Counted from the stretch's first letter, positions 1-15,872 are shown. The stretch is 64,000 nucleotides of DNA from Chrysomallon squamiferum (GCA_012295275.1 CM022667.1:9424001-9488000), one strand, 5' to 3'. Notes: generated by a model from the sequence alone, not told the origin. Made by a program: numbers and translations.

Positions 1-458
1 TAGACATTAGTCATTCACAGGTAAAAGAAACAAAATCAATGAACCAATACCGTACAGAAACAGAAACACACACACAGACACACACAGACATTTTTAAAAA
101 AAAACAAGCCTTCCCCATTTACTTCCGTATAACAAGAAAAGAGGATGTTTAATATCACAACAGTGTATAAAATATATTTGTATTTAATGTATGGTTTCCA
201 GATACCCCGTCAGATAAAAATAAATTAAGGCACGCGCCACAGTTAAATATTTATTTTAGTACGCTACATTGGTTGTATTGTTTTGTGGTCTCTTTACGTA
301 GGGCAAAAGTAAAATAGAAGAGTTTCCACATTGATTTGTCTGTCTACAAATTGTGGTACAAAGGTTTTTTCGATCTTCGGATTTAAGAACTGTACAGAGC
401 GATATCATATACAAAGAAATAATTTTATTTTATTGTAATTTGTTTTGTTTTATTCTGT

Positions 459-518
<60 letters not shown>

Positions 519-1817
519 TTTAACTACCAATGTATTACTAATACTAAGTTGTGGCTGTAGTAGTAGCAGCAGCAGTAGTGGTAGTAGTGGTAGTAGTAGT
601 AATAGTTGCAGCAGCAGTAGTAATAGTAGAAGTAGTAGTACCAGTAGTAATTGTAGAAGATGTAGAAGTAGCAATAGCAGTAATAGTAGAAGTAGCAGTA
701 GTAGCAGTAGTAGTGGTGGTGGTAGATGTAGCAGTCCTTTTTGTTATCGTTGTTGTTGCAGCATTTTACTTTAGTTTTCTATTTCTATCAAAAAAATAAA
801 AATTTAAAATTGTACGTACTAATCAACTCAAGCCTGAAATAATTCATAAACTGAGTTTAGCGAACTGCCAGCCATTTTTAAATCAGCCGGTATTAGTGCC
901 AAAAATAAAAGTTTTTTGTACAGTGATCATATCAGAGAAAATAGTCTTCATTTTACTTTTACATGGATTAGCAACAATCGGTAACTAGTATGCACCTTCT
1001 CGTACACAGGAGAACAGATAAAACGAGATCTTTCGCAAAAACGGAACACTTGCCGGATCGGGAAATTATAACTACAAGCAAAGCAAACCGTTGGAGAACT
1101 CAGAAAAAAAAGAAAAAAAAAAGCGATCATCTTTGATCTAGCAAGTACCACTGCACTCTGAGTGCCGTTATTCAACAAGCACAGGACGGTTTATTATTCA
1201 TAACAATTTCAACCCTGTCGACAAGAAGTGAAACCCTTGTATACACGTGCATTTCACGCCACCAAAGGTCGATAATCGGTCGGTAACGAAGCAGCCACGT
1301 GTTAAATCACGCAGATCAAAAGAACTCGTTAAAACTCGCTTTTCATCCCGAGCCGCGGGTCTGGAAGGGGAACCGACAGTTTCAAGATGGCTGCGCAAGT
1401 TTAGAGACCCGTTTTGCTTATCTGCGTCCTCTTCGCGATGAATCCCGCCATTGTATTTGAAAGAAGCAGAAGACGATTAATTAGCGCCACCTATACGTCT
1501 GCTCATCTCGAGACGGGTCGCGTGCACCGTCTTAGACAGCTGTTGGTTTCAAGTGAGGCACGGCGTGTTCAAAGTAACGGTCGAATTGGCCAAGTGCTAC
1601 TGAAGGGAGAATGCACGTGCAGGATTATTACACACATCCCACGCGCCACTACTGACAGCTTTAACGTTTGGTTAATACAGAGACGTTTTCTTGTTCCTTT
1701 TAATTCTTGTGTTCGAGTGAATTAAGTCAGGTATTCTGGAAATGTCGACAACAGTGAAATTCCTAAAGACATTTTTTTCTTGAGAGAGCGTTAGTCTTAA
1801 ATCAGAGACGCATAAAC

Positions 1818-1820
<3 letters not shown>

Positions 1821-1906
<86 letters not shown>

Positions 1907-1960
1907 CCTCCCTCCCTCCCTCCCTCTCTCTCTCTCTATCTCTTTCTCTCTCTCTCTCTC
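1821..1960. repeat. (CT)n microsatellite
   Basis: Seen directly; a (GA)n tract follows at 2106-2183. Confidence 0.97.
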
Positions 1961-2102
1961 TGTTACTTCATCTATCTATCTATCTACCTGAATATATAGA
2001 TATATAAACTCATGTACTCATGAATTACAGTAAAAGAAGTTTATTTATTTATTTATGTATGTATGTATTTGTTTGTTTGCTTATATACATATTTCTCTCA
2101 GG

Positions 2103-2186
<84 letters not shown>

Positions 2187-2559
2187 ACTATACACTTAAC
2201 ATCCACTTTCAGTAAACAAATAATAAACCCATCAAAATCTCACAGCCTCTGTACAAAAGAAAATGCCAGTATAATTAAAGAGAATTGCCAGTATAATTAA
2301 ACTGAAGAAATTTTCCACTGATAAAACAAAACAAAAAAAATCCTTAATGATTAAACGAGTGCGAGTGACTTGGTCCCCGGACAAACAGCCACATGCAAAC
2401 TTTGACGTCTGCTGCAAAGTAAACATGTGTACGGCTACCGGTGACATTTGCCATTCGATTCTCTCTGCCTGTCACTTGCAAGATCCCGGGGGACGTTTGA
2501 CCCTTAATGATCTGCTCCATTACACGCCCGTATCTTCAAGACTCTCTTTCCCCAACCTC

Positions 2560-2880
2560 GGTAGGAATTGCTAGTCGGGCGCTGCGAAGCAAATAGGTTT
2601 TAGCGCTGCACAGCAGACGCAGATAACATGTACGTCGTTTTCGGAAAGCGGCACCTGTTGGTGTCAGATTGGGCGCGTGCTGTGTGACGTAGGCAAGTGG
2701 GTTGTGACGAACGATCAATAGCGCGGCACCTGATTGGATGGTGCCTGTTGGTCCGTGTTGTTATTGGCTACGCGAAAGTCTTCGAGTTTTTGCAGGCAGG
2801 AATATTAACGTCGCGTTAAAAACGATAACTTTCCGACGCTTAACAGTAAATGATCTTGCAAGTGTTAAGGTGAATTGCAC
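2560..2880 (+). promoter_or_regulatory. Putative snail-A proximal promoter (CpG-rich; three CCAAT boxes, two Snail E-boxes)
   Basis: ATTGG at 2668, 2733 and 2763; CACCTG at 2652 and 2727; GTGTCAGAT at 2661. The region lies about 170-500 bp upstream of the ATG. Confidence 0.6.
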
Positions 2881-3050
2881 GGAAATTCAAAAAAAAAAAA
2901 ATATATATATATAAATATATGTATATATATACAACTATAATTAAACAAGAAAAAAAATATATAAATATATATATATATATATGTGTGGGTTTTTTTGGTT
3001 TTGTTTTTTCAAGGAATTTCCGACAAAATTTGGTTTGGCAGTTTGTTGAA

Positions 3051-3171
3051 ATGCCTCGAGCATTTCTGGTGAAAAAGCAAATGTTGATGAACGGTGAAGA
3101 AAACGGATCTTTCTTGTGGGGCAAAACTTCTCAGTTTCCTTTCAGAACTAACGAAAGTGAACTTCATTCCG
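3051..3171 (+). CDS. snail: Snail-family transcriptional repressor A, coding exon 1 (SNAG domain)
   Basis: ATG at 3051 gives MPRAFLVKKQMLMNGEENGSFLWGKTSQFPFRTNESELHS, a canonical SNAG N-terminus. It is followed by the donor G|gtaaga at 3171/3172 (phase 1, as in other snail genes). Confidence 0.93.
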
Positions 3172-5998
<2,827 letters not shown>

Positions 5999-7142
5999 TT
6001 GCCGTGCACCTAGAACAAAGAAGACGAGGACTCGAAGAATGGAACTCGTACCCGTGGGAAAGAATTTTTCCAGCATCACCTACGACAGCGTTGACGGGCA
6101 CGACGTTATCGCCTGCACTGAGAACCGCAACGTTGTCGTCCTCGTCGTTTGCGAATTACGCCAACCCGGATGTCTGCAGACGAGACGAAACCGAGGCGAA
6201 AAATGGCGAACTGCTCGTGCGGAAAGTCCCAGGACGAGAAGCAGATTAAACGGCTGCTTGAAAAGCGATCAATCCGAACACGGTCCCAAGAGTGCGTTCA
6301 AGCCGATTGTGCGACCGTGGCTCATTGAGTCGACACGTGACAGGGGCACCCGGGAGACACCTCCCGCCGGCGTGGTCCCGTCTCCGGGGTGGTTTGAAAG
6401 CCCAGCCCAAGAATCATCGTCGTCGTCGTTCAAAATTCCCGTCCCTTACGTTTCCCTCCCGACGGCCAAGGACCTGATTCTCGACGGGATGTCAGCTCTG
6501 GACGCCATTGCTCTTCTGCGCCAGCGCAGTTCGTTCTACCAGACGACACTCTTCCCGCCAAAACCGCAAGCGTACTCCAGCGGCAGCGACATAGCCAACT
6601 GGCTCACGTGCCTGAAGAACGGAGCCGATCCAGACGGCGCTGCGGTCACGCGGGAACCGGACCGGAACGTTCGGGGTGCCCCGCCCGCCCACCTTCACCC
6701 ACACCCACCTCGCTATCAGTGCGAGGCTTGCAGCAAGAGCTACTCCACGTTTGGTGGCTTGTCCAAACACAAACAGTTCCACTGTGCGTCGCAGGTGAAA
6801 AAGGAGTTCAAGTGCAAGTTCTGTGACAAATCGTATTCGTCGTTAGGAGCGATGAAAATGCACATCCGAACGCACACGCTGCCCTGCAAGTGCAAGCTCT
6901 GCGGCAAATCGTTCTCCAGGCCCTGGCTGCTCCAGGGGCACATCCGCACCCACACAGGGGAGAAACCGTTCACGTGTCCGCACTGCGGGCGCGCGTTCGC
7001 TGACAGGTCGAACCTGCGCGCGCACCTGCAGACGCACACGGACGTGAAGAAGTACGGATGTAAGCGATGTACGAAAACATTCTCAAGGATGTCACTTCTG
7101 CTGAAACACGAAGACGGGAGTTGTTCCAGTCTCTCGAGATGA
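5999..7142 (+). CDS. snail: Snail-family repressor A, coding exon 2 (S/P-rich linker plus 5 zinc fingers); one apparent 1-bp deletion before 6250
   Basis: Acceptor tttcttttctgcag ends at 5998. Fingers read [98 protein letters not shown] and [24 protein letters not shown] (Snail-type C2HC last finger). Stop TGA is at 7140-7142. The spliced frame (VAVHLEQ...GREAD) stops at 6247-6249 unless one base is added; the corrected product is about 421 aa. Confidence 0.92.
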
Positions 7143-7280
7143 TGACGTAATAACATTGTTAAATCCGTAATGATGACGTAATAACATTGAGAATTCCGTA
7201 ATGATGACGTCATAACATTGTTCAATCCGTAATGATGACGTTATAATTGTTAAATCCATAATGATGTCGTCATAATTATT
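7139..7280 (+). repeat. 31-bp minisatellite (about 4.6 copies) overlapping the snail-A stop codon
   Basis: Unit ATGATGACGTAATAACATTGTTAAATCCGTA starts at 7139, 7170, 7201, 7232 and 7261 (partial). Confidence 0.9.
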
Positions 7281-7585
7281 ACCTTTTACATTATCTTTCT
7301 ACACATACTGACTTATAAAATTATCAATATACAAGTAGTGATTTGATGAAAATGATGTCATCTTATTGTTTAAAACGACGTCATCAACATGAAATTTTTG
7401 AACATAAATATTTAATGTTTATACTGTGACGACATCTCTGGTCTAGATATGACGTGTATTTATTTGGGACCAAACGTGAAACATATCAAAATAAAATTAT
7501 TATGTTTTACAAGCAAACGTATGAATAATGTGCTTCCAACTGTAATATAAATATTAAATAAATTATATTGAAATGAAGTATTTTG
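7143..7585 (+). other. Putative snail-A 3'UTR with polyadenylation signals
   Basis: AU-rich sequence after the stop, with AATAAA at 7490 and 7557 followed by T/GT-rich sequence. Confidence 0.5.
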
Positions 7586-7965
7586 TTACGGGTATTATTG
7601 TTACTATTATTATTACTATTATTATTGTTGTTGATGATGTTGCTGTTGTTGTAATTGTTACTATTATTATAATGATGATGAAGATGATGATGATGACATT
7701 CATATGTGAACCAAAATAAAAATCAAACGTTCTGTTTTAATTTAAAAGAGAAAATATGGAAATACAGGATTTTCTTTATTACTATAAAACTTTTTATTTA
7801 CTTAAAATTAACGAATAAAGAAAAATTAATAAATAAACAAATAAATTTCATAGATACCTTCTTGACATTTGCTTTTAGCTTTTTAAAGCTTTATTTCGTA
7901 TATTGTATATTCTTTCTTCTTTGTTTTTCTTTTTCCTTTCTTTTTTTTTTTTCACTTTATTATTA

Positions 7966-8018
<53 letters not shown>

Positions 8019-8788
8019 TGATGGTGTTTTATTTTCGTTTTTACATCGTTTACCATTTGCTTTTAACCCCAGAATTAAAACAGGTATAGCAAAAACCTGT
8101 ACACTAGAAAATTCCATTTGTTTAAAACAGTTATCATCATCATCATCATCATCATAATTATCATTATTATAATCATCTTCATCATTATCGTTATCGTAAT
8201 AATTTTTTCATTTAGTAAAAAAGAAAAATTATTGTTTTCCCGAATTTGTTAACATAGATTATTTTTAACTAAGATTAAAAAATAAAATAAATAAAAAATA
8301 AATAAATAAATAAAATAATTAAATAAATATAACCTTGATTTTGTCTGTTTAAGTAAATAAAGTAAAAATACCGTTATAAATACAAAAGTAAAAATAAATT
8401 TTAAATAATTTCGAGAAAACTATTTTTTATTTTGGAAGATGACTAAATACTCAGATCTCAGACTTATAATTTCCACTTGCGTTTTCAGTTCACAATTCCA
8501 TTTTTATAAAGTTAACTAGTTTTAGTTTATTAATGTTAATATCCCACAAAACAGACAGTACAGCTGATATTTTAAGAGATTAAATAAATCCTAATTTAAT
8601 AATTAAAGAAAATAAAAATAATTAATTAATATATAATTAAATGAATGAATGAAAGAATGATTAAAGAGAATATAAATAAATAAATAAATAAAATAAATAA
8701 TAATAATAACAAATTTAAAATAATAATTTTAATAAGTAATCAAAAAGAAATAATAAAAAAAAATATAAATAAATAAATAAATAAATAA

Positions 8789-8824
<36 letters not shown>

Positions 8825-11159
8825 TAAATAAAATAAATTAATTAATTAAAAATGAAAAACACATTTCGGTTTATCATTTTAACTAATGCAGAAATCGTTT
8901 TTATTTGCTTGTTTTGTAATATTTAATATTTTTAGTTAAACCCAGGAAAAAATCTCCATTTAGTAAATAAATTAAATGCAAAATTTTAATTTACATGCAT
9001 AAGTTGAAATTTAAGCTATAAATTAATAATAATGTGTCTTGATTGAATAATATATCTAATTTTAATCATAAGAAAATACAAGACAATTATTTTAATTATA
9101 GCAGTTTATTGAAATTAAAAAAACAATATTATTTTTACAGTTTGAAATGTAATGTTCAAATTTTTTTATGACATAAGTTCGAAAATAAAGTTTCCATTGA
9201 ATGAATATTTATTTTCAACATGATAAAATTTTATAAATAAATTTTGTTAATTAATTTTTAAAAAAAAAGAAGAAAACATTATCTATACTTTCAGTTCGCT
9301 AGTCATTATTTAAAATTATAATATTATTGTTCTGTATTAAAATTGTAAGTACAAACATAAAATATAAGTATTATTTTAAATATTCCGTGTAAACTTTACC
9401 AATTAAAAAAAAAAAAAAAAAAAGAAACAAAAAAGTTTATGATTTTATATGTGAATCAAAAAACGACTTAAAACATCAGTAAAAAGTTTTTAATATTAAT
9501 ACTTTAAATTTAAGTAACATGATTTAAATTATCTCGATAAAGTTTAGTTAAAAATCTTCTGTTTAAACTGCATTTATTAAAATATTGTACATTAAACTGT
9601 AATTTAAATAGCGAAAATAGAAAATCTGTAGACTAAATTGCACTTTAAAGTGCGTTTTAAAAATATAGAATAAATTGTAATTTAAATAGCGTGCATTAAA
9701 AATATTCAGTACAAACTTCAGTGTTTGACAGATTCGTAATAAAATCTTTTCTTTGTGGCGTATTTTTCAGTTTTACTACGTTTCGTACTATTTAAGACTC
9801 AAGAGCATGAATTTATTTTAATAATTCGCAGCTAAAATTAATTAAAAGATCGTCTGTTTAAATTATTTATAATACCGTCTATTTATATTGATTTAATATA
9901 ATTAGCTAATTTCAGAATATTCAGTATAACGTGTTAATTTTAATTAGTATTATTTAAAATAATTATTCATAAATTATATTATTAAAACCTTTTTATTATT
10001 ATAAAAAATAAAATTAATAAAAAATAAATAAATAAAAATTCTTCAGTTTATACTGTACAGTTCAAATTTTCAATTGTTGAGTAGAATTGATAATTATTGC
10101 TGTTAAAAATATTCATTATAAATTGTAGTTAAAATGTTATTTATTTTTCTATTTATAATGAAAAGGTTAAAATCTAAATTGTACAATTTAAAACATACGG
10201 CATAAATTGCACACTATCTTTCAGGGTTTAAACGATTTGATTCGAAATCTTCAGCATATATCACATTTGACTATAACATTATCTGTTTGCATAGCACTGG
10301 TCAACTTTTTAATACAAACAGCGAGAATTTGGAAAATTCAGTATAAATTGCCCAACTCAAAAACTTTCACTATAAAATCTCCAATCTCTATTGCACTAGT
10401 TAAAATATGTACGGTTTAAACAGTACCGTTTGAAATACACAACATAACCGGCACATATTAAAACAGCGAAATTTAAAATATTCATACTAAACTGCAACAG
10501 TCATAACATCTATTCTGAAATGCACTAGTTAAAATTATAATCTCCAATAATTTAATTAAAAAAAAATAAAAAAAAAAATTTTTAAAAATTGTACAAAATT
10601 TAAAAATGTCCGTATCCACTGCACCAGTCAACACATACAAATAAATCTTTACAATTTACAAGAGAGAGAGAGAATGAAAAAAAAAAAAAAAAAAAAAAAA
10701 AAGAGAGAGAGAGAGAGATTTCCAGTGTGACAAACGTAAACAAACACAACGAGTCAGGAAACCAGTAAACAAAAGTAACACTTGCGAGTATCACTGAAGT
10801 CACATCGAGTCGCTTTATCTGCGCCGAGATCGAGTAAATCACTCACAGAGAGCCGCTGAAGCGAGGTGCCAGGGTGGACTGCGGTGTCGAGTTCCCCTCC
10901 TGTAATTAAGTAATTGTTTGCAGCAATTCCATAAGCTGATTTATGTTTTTCGCAGCGTTAAACCGGCTACGGTGCTCTGAAGACGCCGGAGGAAAAAAAA
11001 ACGAAAAAACGAAAAAACGACAGAAAACATCCACTAACATGTGTTTCCTTGTCAACCACACCGGAAGTAGGAGAGCAAGGAACACCCTGTCGTGTCATTT
11101 ATATTTGTAGTCGTTCACGTCTTTTGTGGTTTGTACGTTTGTAGTGATGTGTGTGTGTT

Positions 11160-11237
<78 letters not shown>

Positions 11238-11726
11238 ATTAATTACTTCATTAAATCGAAATTAAATTATTTATTTAAAATATTTAAATTTTAAATTTAA
11301 AACTCACTAAAATTATTCTCACTGTCGCCTTTATGCTGATATACGCTAGTACGACTGGTATTAAAAATAATTTTAAAATAAAATGAACCGTTTTTTTCTT
11401 TAATTTTATTCTTTTCTATAATATTCTACATTTTAAGACAAACGATTTTTCAAAACGGATTTTTCGTCTCTCCTCAAATGTAATTTATTTTATTTTATTT
11501 AGTTTCTGACAAAACGTAAATCAGTGTCGCAGTAAATCTGTTGAAATGAGATGTACAGAAGACACTAAATACGAAACCGCGGCTACGAAACTGAAGTGTT
11601 TCTGAAAATTGGCGTAAAATTGTTGACTGACCATAACGGGTGTCCGTTACAATGTGAGTTGTTCATTCACCGTTATTTATTGTCCCAGCTAATTTTGTTT
11701 TATTTATCTTCGTTTTTCCTTCTTTA

Positions 11727-11772
<46 letters not shown>

Positions 11773-12370
11773 TTGTTCATTTTATTTATTTATTTATTTA
11801 TCTAGTTCCTTACTTATTTTATTTTATTTTATTTTCATTTATTTTATTTCATTTATTTATTTTACTTATTATTATTATTATTACTGCTTTTTTCTTTTTT
11901 TTTCACCATTATTAACGTTGTTATATGTTTGGTTTCTTTTGTGTTCAGATTTCTATTATTACACATTGTCGGTTTTTAAATTATATTTAGTTACTGGATG
12001 TTTTAATATTTCTGTAAACGAATTGTCTGTGTGCAGGTATGTCTGTTTGTGAGTGTGTACGTGTACCATTGTGTGTATGTGAGTGTGCGTTGGTGGATGT
12101 TCCGCTTTGTGTGTGTGTGTGTGTGTGTATGTATGTGTGTGTGTGTGTGTGTATATATACATATAAGCACACATACAGATACAAACACATAGTGCTATTT
12201 TATAAATGTAATATAGAGTAGTTTTGTCCGTGTTTGTATTACTACTACTACTACTGTTATTATTATGATTATGATGATGATTGATTATTATTATTATTGT
12301 TGTTGTTGTTAAATTAAAACAATTTGTTGTTGTTGTTGTTGTTATTAATTCTAAATTTAAATTTATAAAA

Positions 12371-12405
<35 letters not shown>

Positions 12406-12732
12406 ACAATATTGTTTTCTTCTTTAATTTCATTTTGCTGTTTTGGATAACAATTTACGTTTTTCGAAATAAAATGATTTAATATAATCTAAATTTTAAA
12501 GTTAAATTGCCTAAAATAAATAAATTTAAATAAAATATAAATAAATTCTGTTTAAAAATGTTTTACTTCTTTTTAATTTAAAATGTTTTATTTTGCTGTA
12601 GCTATTTGGATCAATATATGTACTAGTTTTTCGAAATAAAATGAAAATTTCAGTTTAAATTAAAAGTTCTAATTTGACAAAACAAAATAATAATAAAAGT
12701 CTCAGAAAATAAAATAAATAAATGAAGAAAGA

Positions 12733-12780
<48 letters not shown>

Positions 12781-12796
12781 AATTAAATTAAATTAA

Positions 12797-12833
<37 letters not shown>

Positions 12834-13694
12834 AATTAATAATAAAACAATATTATTCTGTCTTATATCATTTGTTTGTTTTTGTTGTTGTTTTTTTTTT
12901 TTTATACTATCTAACACACATTTAAACAAAGACAAATCCTAAAAAAAAATTGAAACCTTTTCTTTACCAACACCCCTAAAATTCATTTAACGAAACTCAT
13001 TCAAATTCACGTATTCAAATCGCCATTTTCATCACCAACCTCAAAACTCCCATTCACTTGCCTCATTTTTGTAAAACAGAAAAAAAAAAAAGAAAGAAAA
13101 AAAATCCCATTTCTCGGTTACTTTGTAAAGTATACAAAAAAAAAAAAAAAAAAAAAAATCTGGCAACGTTAAAAACTTATTTTCGGCCATCACAATAAAC
13201 TTTCTCGCCGTCTGCACCTGTTCTCGCTTGTAACGAGAACTTTCTGGAAATCTCGTTGTCTGTGACGCGTTCTCGCTAAGTTACACGCTGCCGGTGCATG
13301 CTAAATAGTTCCCTCTCGCATGGCGCAAGGTACATAACGAGATTTGCTCATGCACGGACGAGATCAAACGGTATTTAGTTATTTTTGTCTGTCAAAAGCG
13401 AGGCGAGAAAGAGCTGCCTGAACGCGGTGAAAAGTTTGACGTTAAAGAGAAGAAGCAAACATCATTTCTGGTGCGGCATTTCTGAGAGGCTATTCAGCCG
13501 ATTGAGAATGAGATCGTGTAGCAACCTTTTTTTTTTCTCATCTGTTGAGTAATTAATCATCTACTTAGCTACCTTTGTCTTGAGAGAGTTCAGCCATAAG
13601 AAAATCTGAGAAAGTTTGGTTGTGTAGATTGTTGAGCAAATCGAGAAGTAAATATATCAGTTTTGTATATCGGTTCTTTTTTTTTTTCTGTTAC

Positions 13695-13730
<36 letters not shown>

Positions 13731-14188
13731 CTGTTTCTTGTGAATCAGAACAAAGTGTTGTCTTTTTTGTTTTGTTGTTTTTTTGTGTTTGTTGTCTGTT
13801 TTGTTGTTGTTGTTTTTTTTAGTTTATTTGTTTTGTTGGTTGCATCGTTGACGTTTTCATCATCATCATCATCATTATTGTTATTTTGAGGGAGGGATTT
13901 TTTTTGTTGTTGTTGTTGTTCTTGTTATGGGTTTTTAAATTATTATTTTGTTCTTTTTTATTAGTTTTACCCCATGTTCGGGGGTTTTAGTAAATATATA
14001 TATATATATATATATATTTTATATATATATCTTTAATATTGTATCTTATTTATATTATTATGGTTGTTGTTGTTATTTTTGTTTTTGTTTTTGTTTTTGT
14101 CATAATTATTACTGACAAAAAATATCACTTTAGCAATAAATAAAAATTATATTTTGGTTACAGTTATTCCTTATTTAATATTTAATTT

Positions 14189-14219
<31 letters not shown>

Positions 14220-14589
14220 TGTTTATTTTATTTTATTTATTTATGTTTATTTTATTTTATTTATTTATTTATTTATATATTTATATATTTATTTATTTTT
14301 GAACGACAATAATTTACAGGACAACTAAAACATTTTGTAGTTATATAATAGCATCGTTAGTTCCTTTGAAAGTTTTGCTGTTTACGAGAAGGTCTACATA
14401 AAAGAGAATTTGCTGCTAACACCAAATATGTTAGTCTGCCACAAATGAAGAGAAATGATCGCGTCTGTTATGAGATATAAACTTACTAGCAGATGATATT
14501 TTCCATAATAAACAATATTTATTAAAAAAAAATCCATATCATCATTGATGGACAGATAGACGAAAAGTTTCCTCTATAGCAATAATACA

Positions 14590-14718
<129 letters not shown>

Positions 14719-14795
14719 AATAGTAATAATAATAATAATGTTTTTTTTTGTTTATATACTATTACAACAACTACTACTACTACTACTACTACTAC

Positions 14796-14838
<43 letters not shown>

Positions 14839-15051
14839 GTTTTTCCTCTGTTTTGTTTTAGGTTTGTTTAATTTATTTATTTATTTTTTGTTTTGATGGT
14901 TTTTTGTTGGGTGGGGGATTTATTTATACATTTAACTTTCATGATGTTACTGCTTGAATAATTAATAAATAGAACAACATGACTATAAGATGTCAAAAAG
15001 ATAACCTTAATTATCGTCGTCAAATTGAAAAAATTACTTTCACTAATTTTT

Positions 15052-15142
<91 letters not shown>

Positions 15143-15454
15143 GTCTGTATGTCTTCTCTATTTTTCTTCATTTTTGAAAAATTTATCAGCGTATGAATTA
15201 CTCAAGTGACATAACCCAACACAAACCAAGCGGGGGCGACATTTTTCAATTAGCTGCCACACCCTCTAACCCTAGCACCCTGACAGACAACACCAGGTGA
15301 GGTTGTCGATATTTTACTAGTCAAATTATGTCCCAACAAACGTTCCCTTGTGTGGGTTTTAAGTACGAAAACAGCACTTTTCGTTCTTAAAGAAACTAAC
15401 ACAAAGGTCTGTCCATTATTTCGATCAGTCTAAAATTCTTAACTTTTTTTTTCT

Positions 15455-15490
<36 letters not shown>

Positions 15491-15612
15491 CTAGTCATAA
15501 CGTTAATAGGTTCTGCGTTAATTCTAAAAGAGATTTTATATTATAATAATTAAAATTCGTATTTTGTTACTTATTCTTCGAATTGTGGTATTAATCATTC
15601 ATAATTAAAGCC

Positions 15613-15650
<38 letters not shown>

Positions 15651-15727
15651 CTATAATTATTTATCTTTATGGATATTTACTTATTTCTGTTACTGTTTAT
15701 TTATTTGTCATGTTGTTTACTTATCTG

Positions 15728-15772
<45 letters not shown>

Positions 15773-15773
<1 letters not shown>

Positions 15774-15872
15774 AGGCTGAGAATTCCTATCCGAAATGCG
15801 TAGAACTGAAAGTGTTTCGGATTTTAGAATTTTTCGGATTTTGAAATGTAAGGAGAATAGGATTTCTGTCTA
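15773..15872. mobile_element. Short Tc1/mariner pogo/Tigger-like MITE remnant
   Basis: TA|CAGGCTGAGAATTCCTATCCGAAATG...AAGTGTTTCGGATTTT...TTCGGATTTTG resembles the terminus of Tigger4/MER46-type elements as I recall them. A degenerate right TIR (gaataggatttctg..ta) lies near 15854-15872. Confidence 0.6.

Noticed and set aside
6740-7225. 161-aa minus-strand ORF over the snail-A fingers, similar to 44033-44431
   Set aside because: The similarity simply mirrors the conserved sense zinc-finger codons.
7139-7280. CRISPR-like appearance of regularly spaced 31-bp repeats (also 59027-59134)
   Set aside because: Head-to-tail units without unique spacers, eukaryotic context, no cas genes.
7587-7594. 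miR-100 8mer site TACGGGTA after snail-A
   Set aside because: It lies 25-30 nt beyond the distal AATAAA (7557), probably past the cleavage site.
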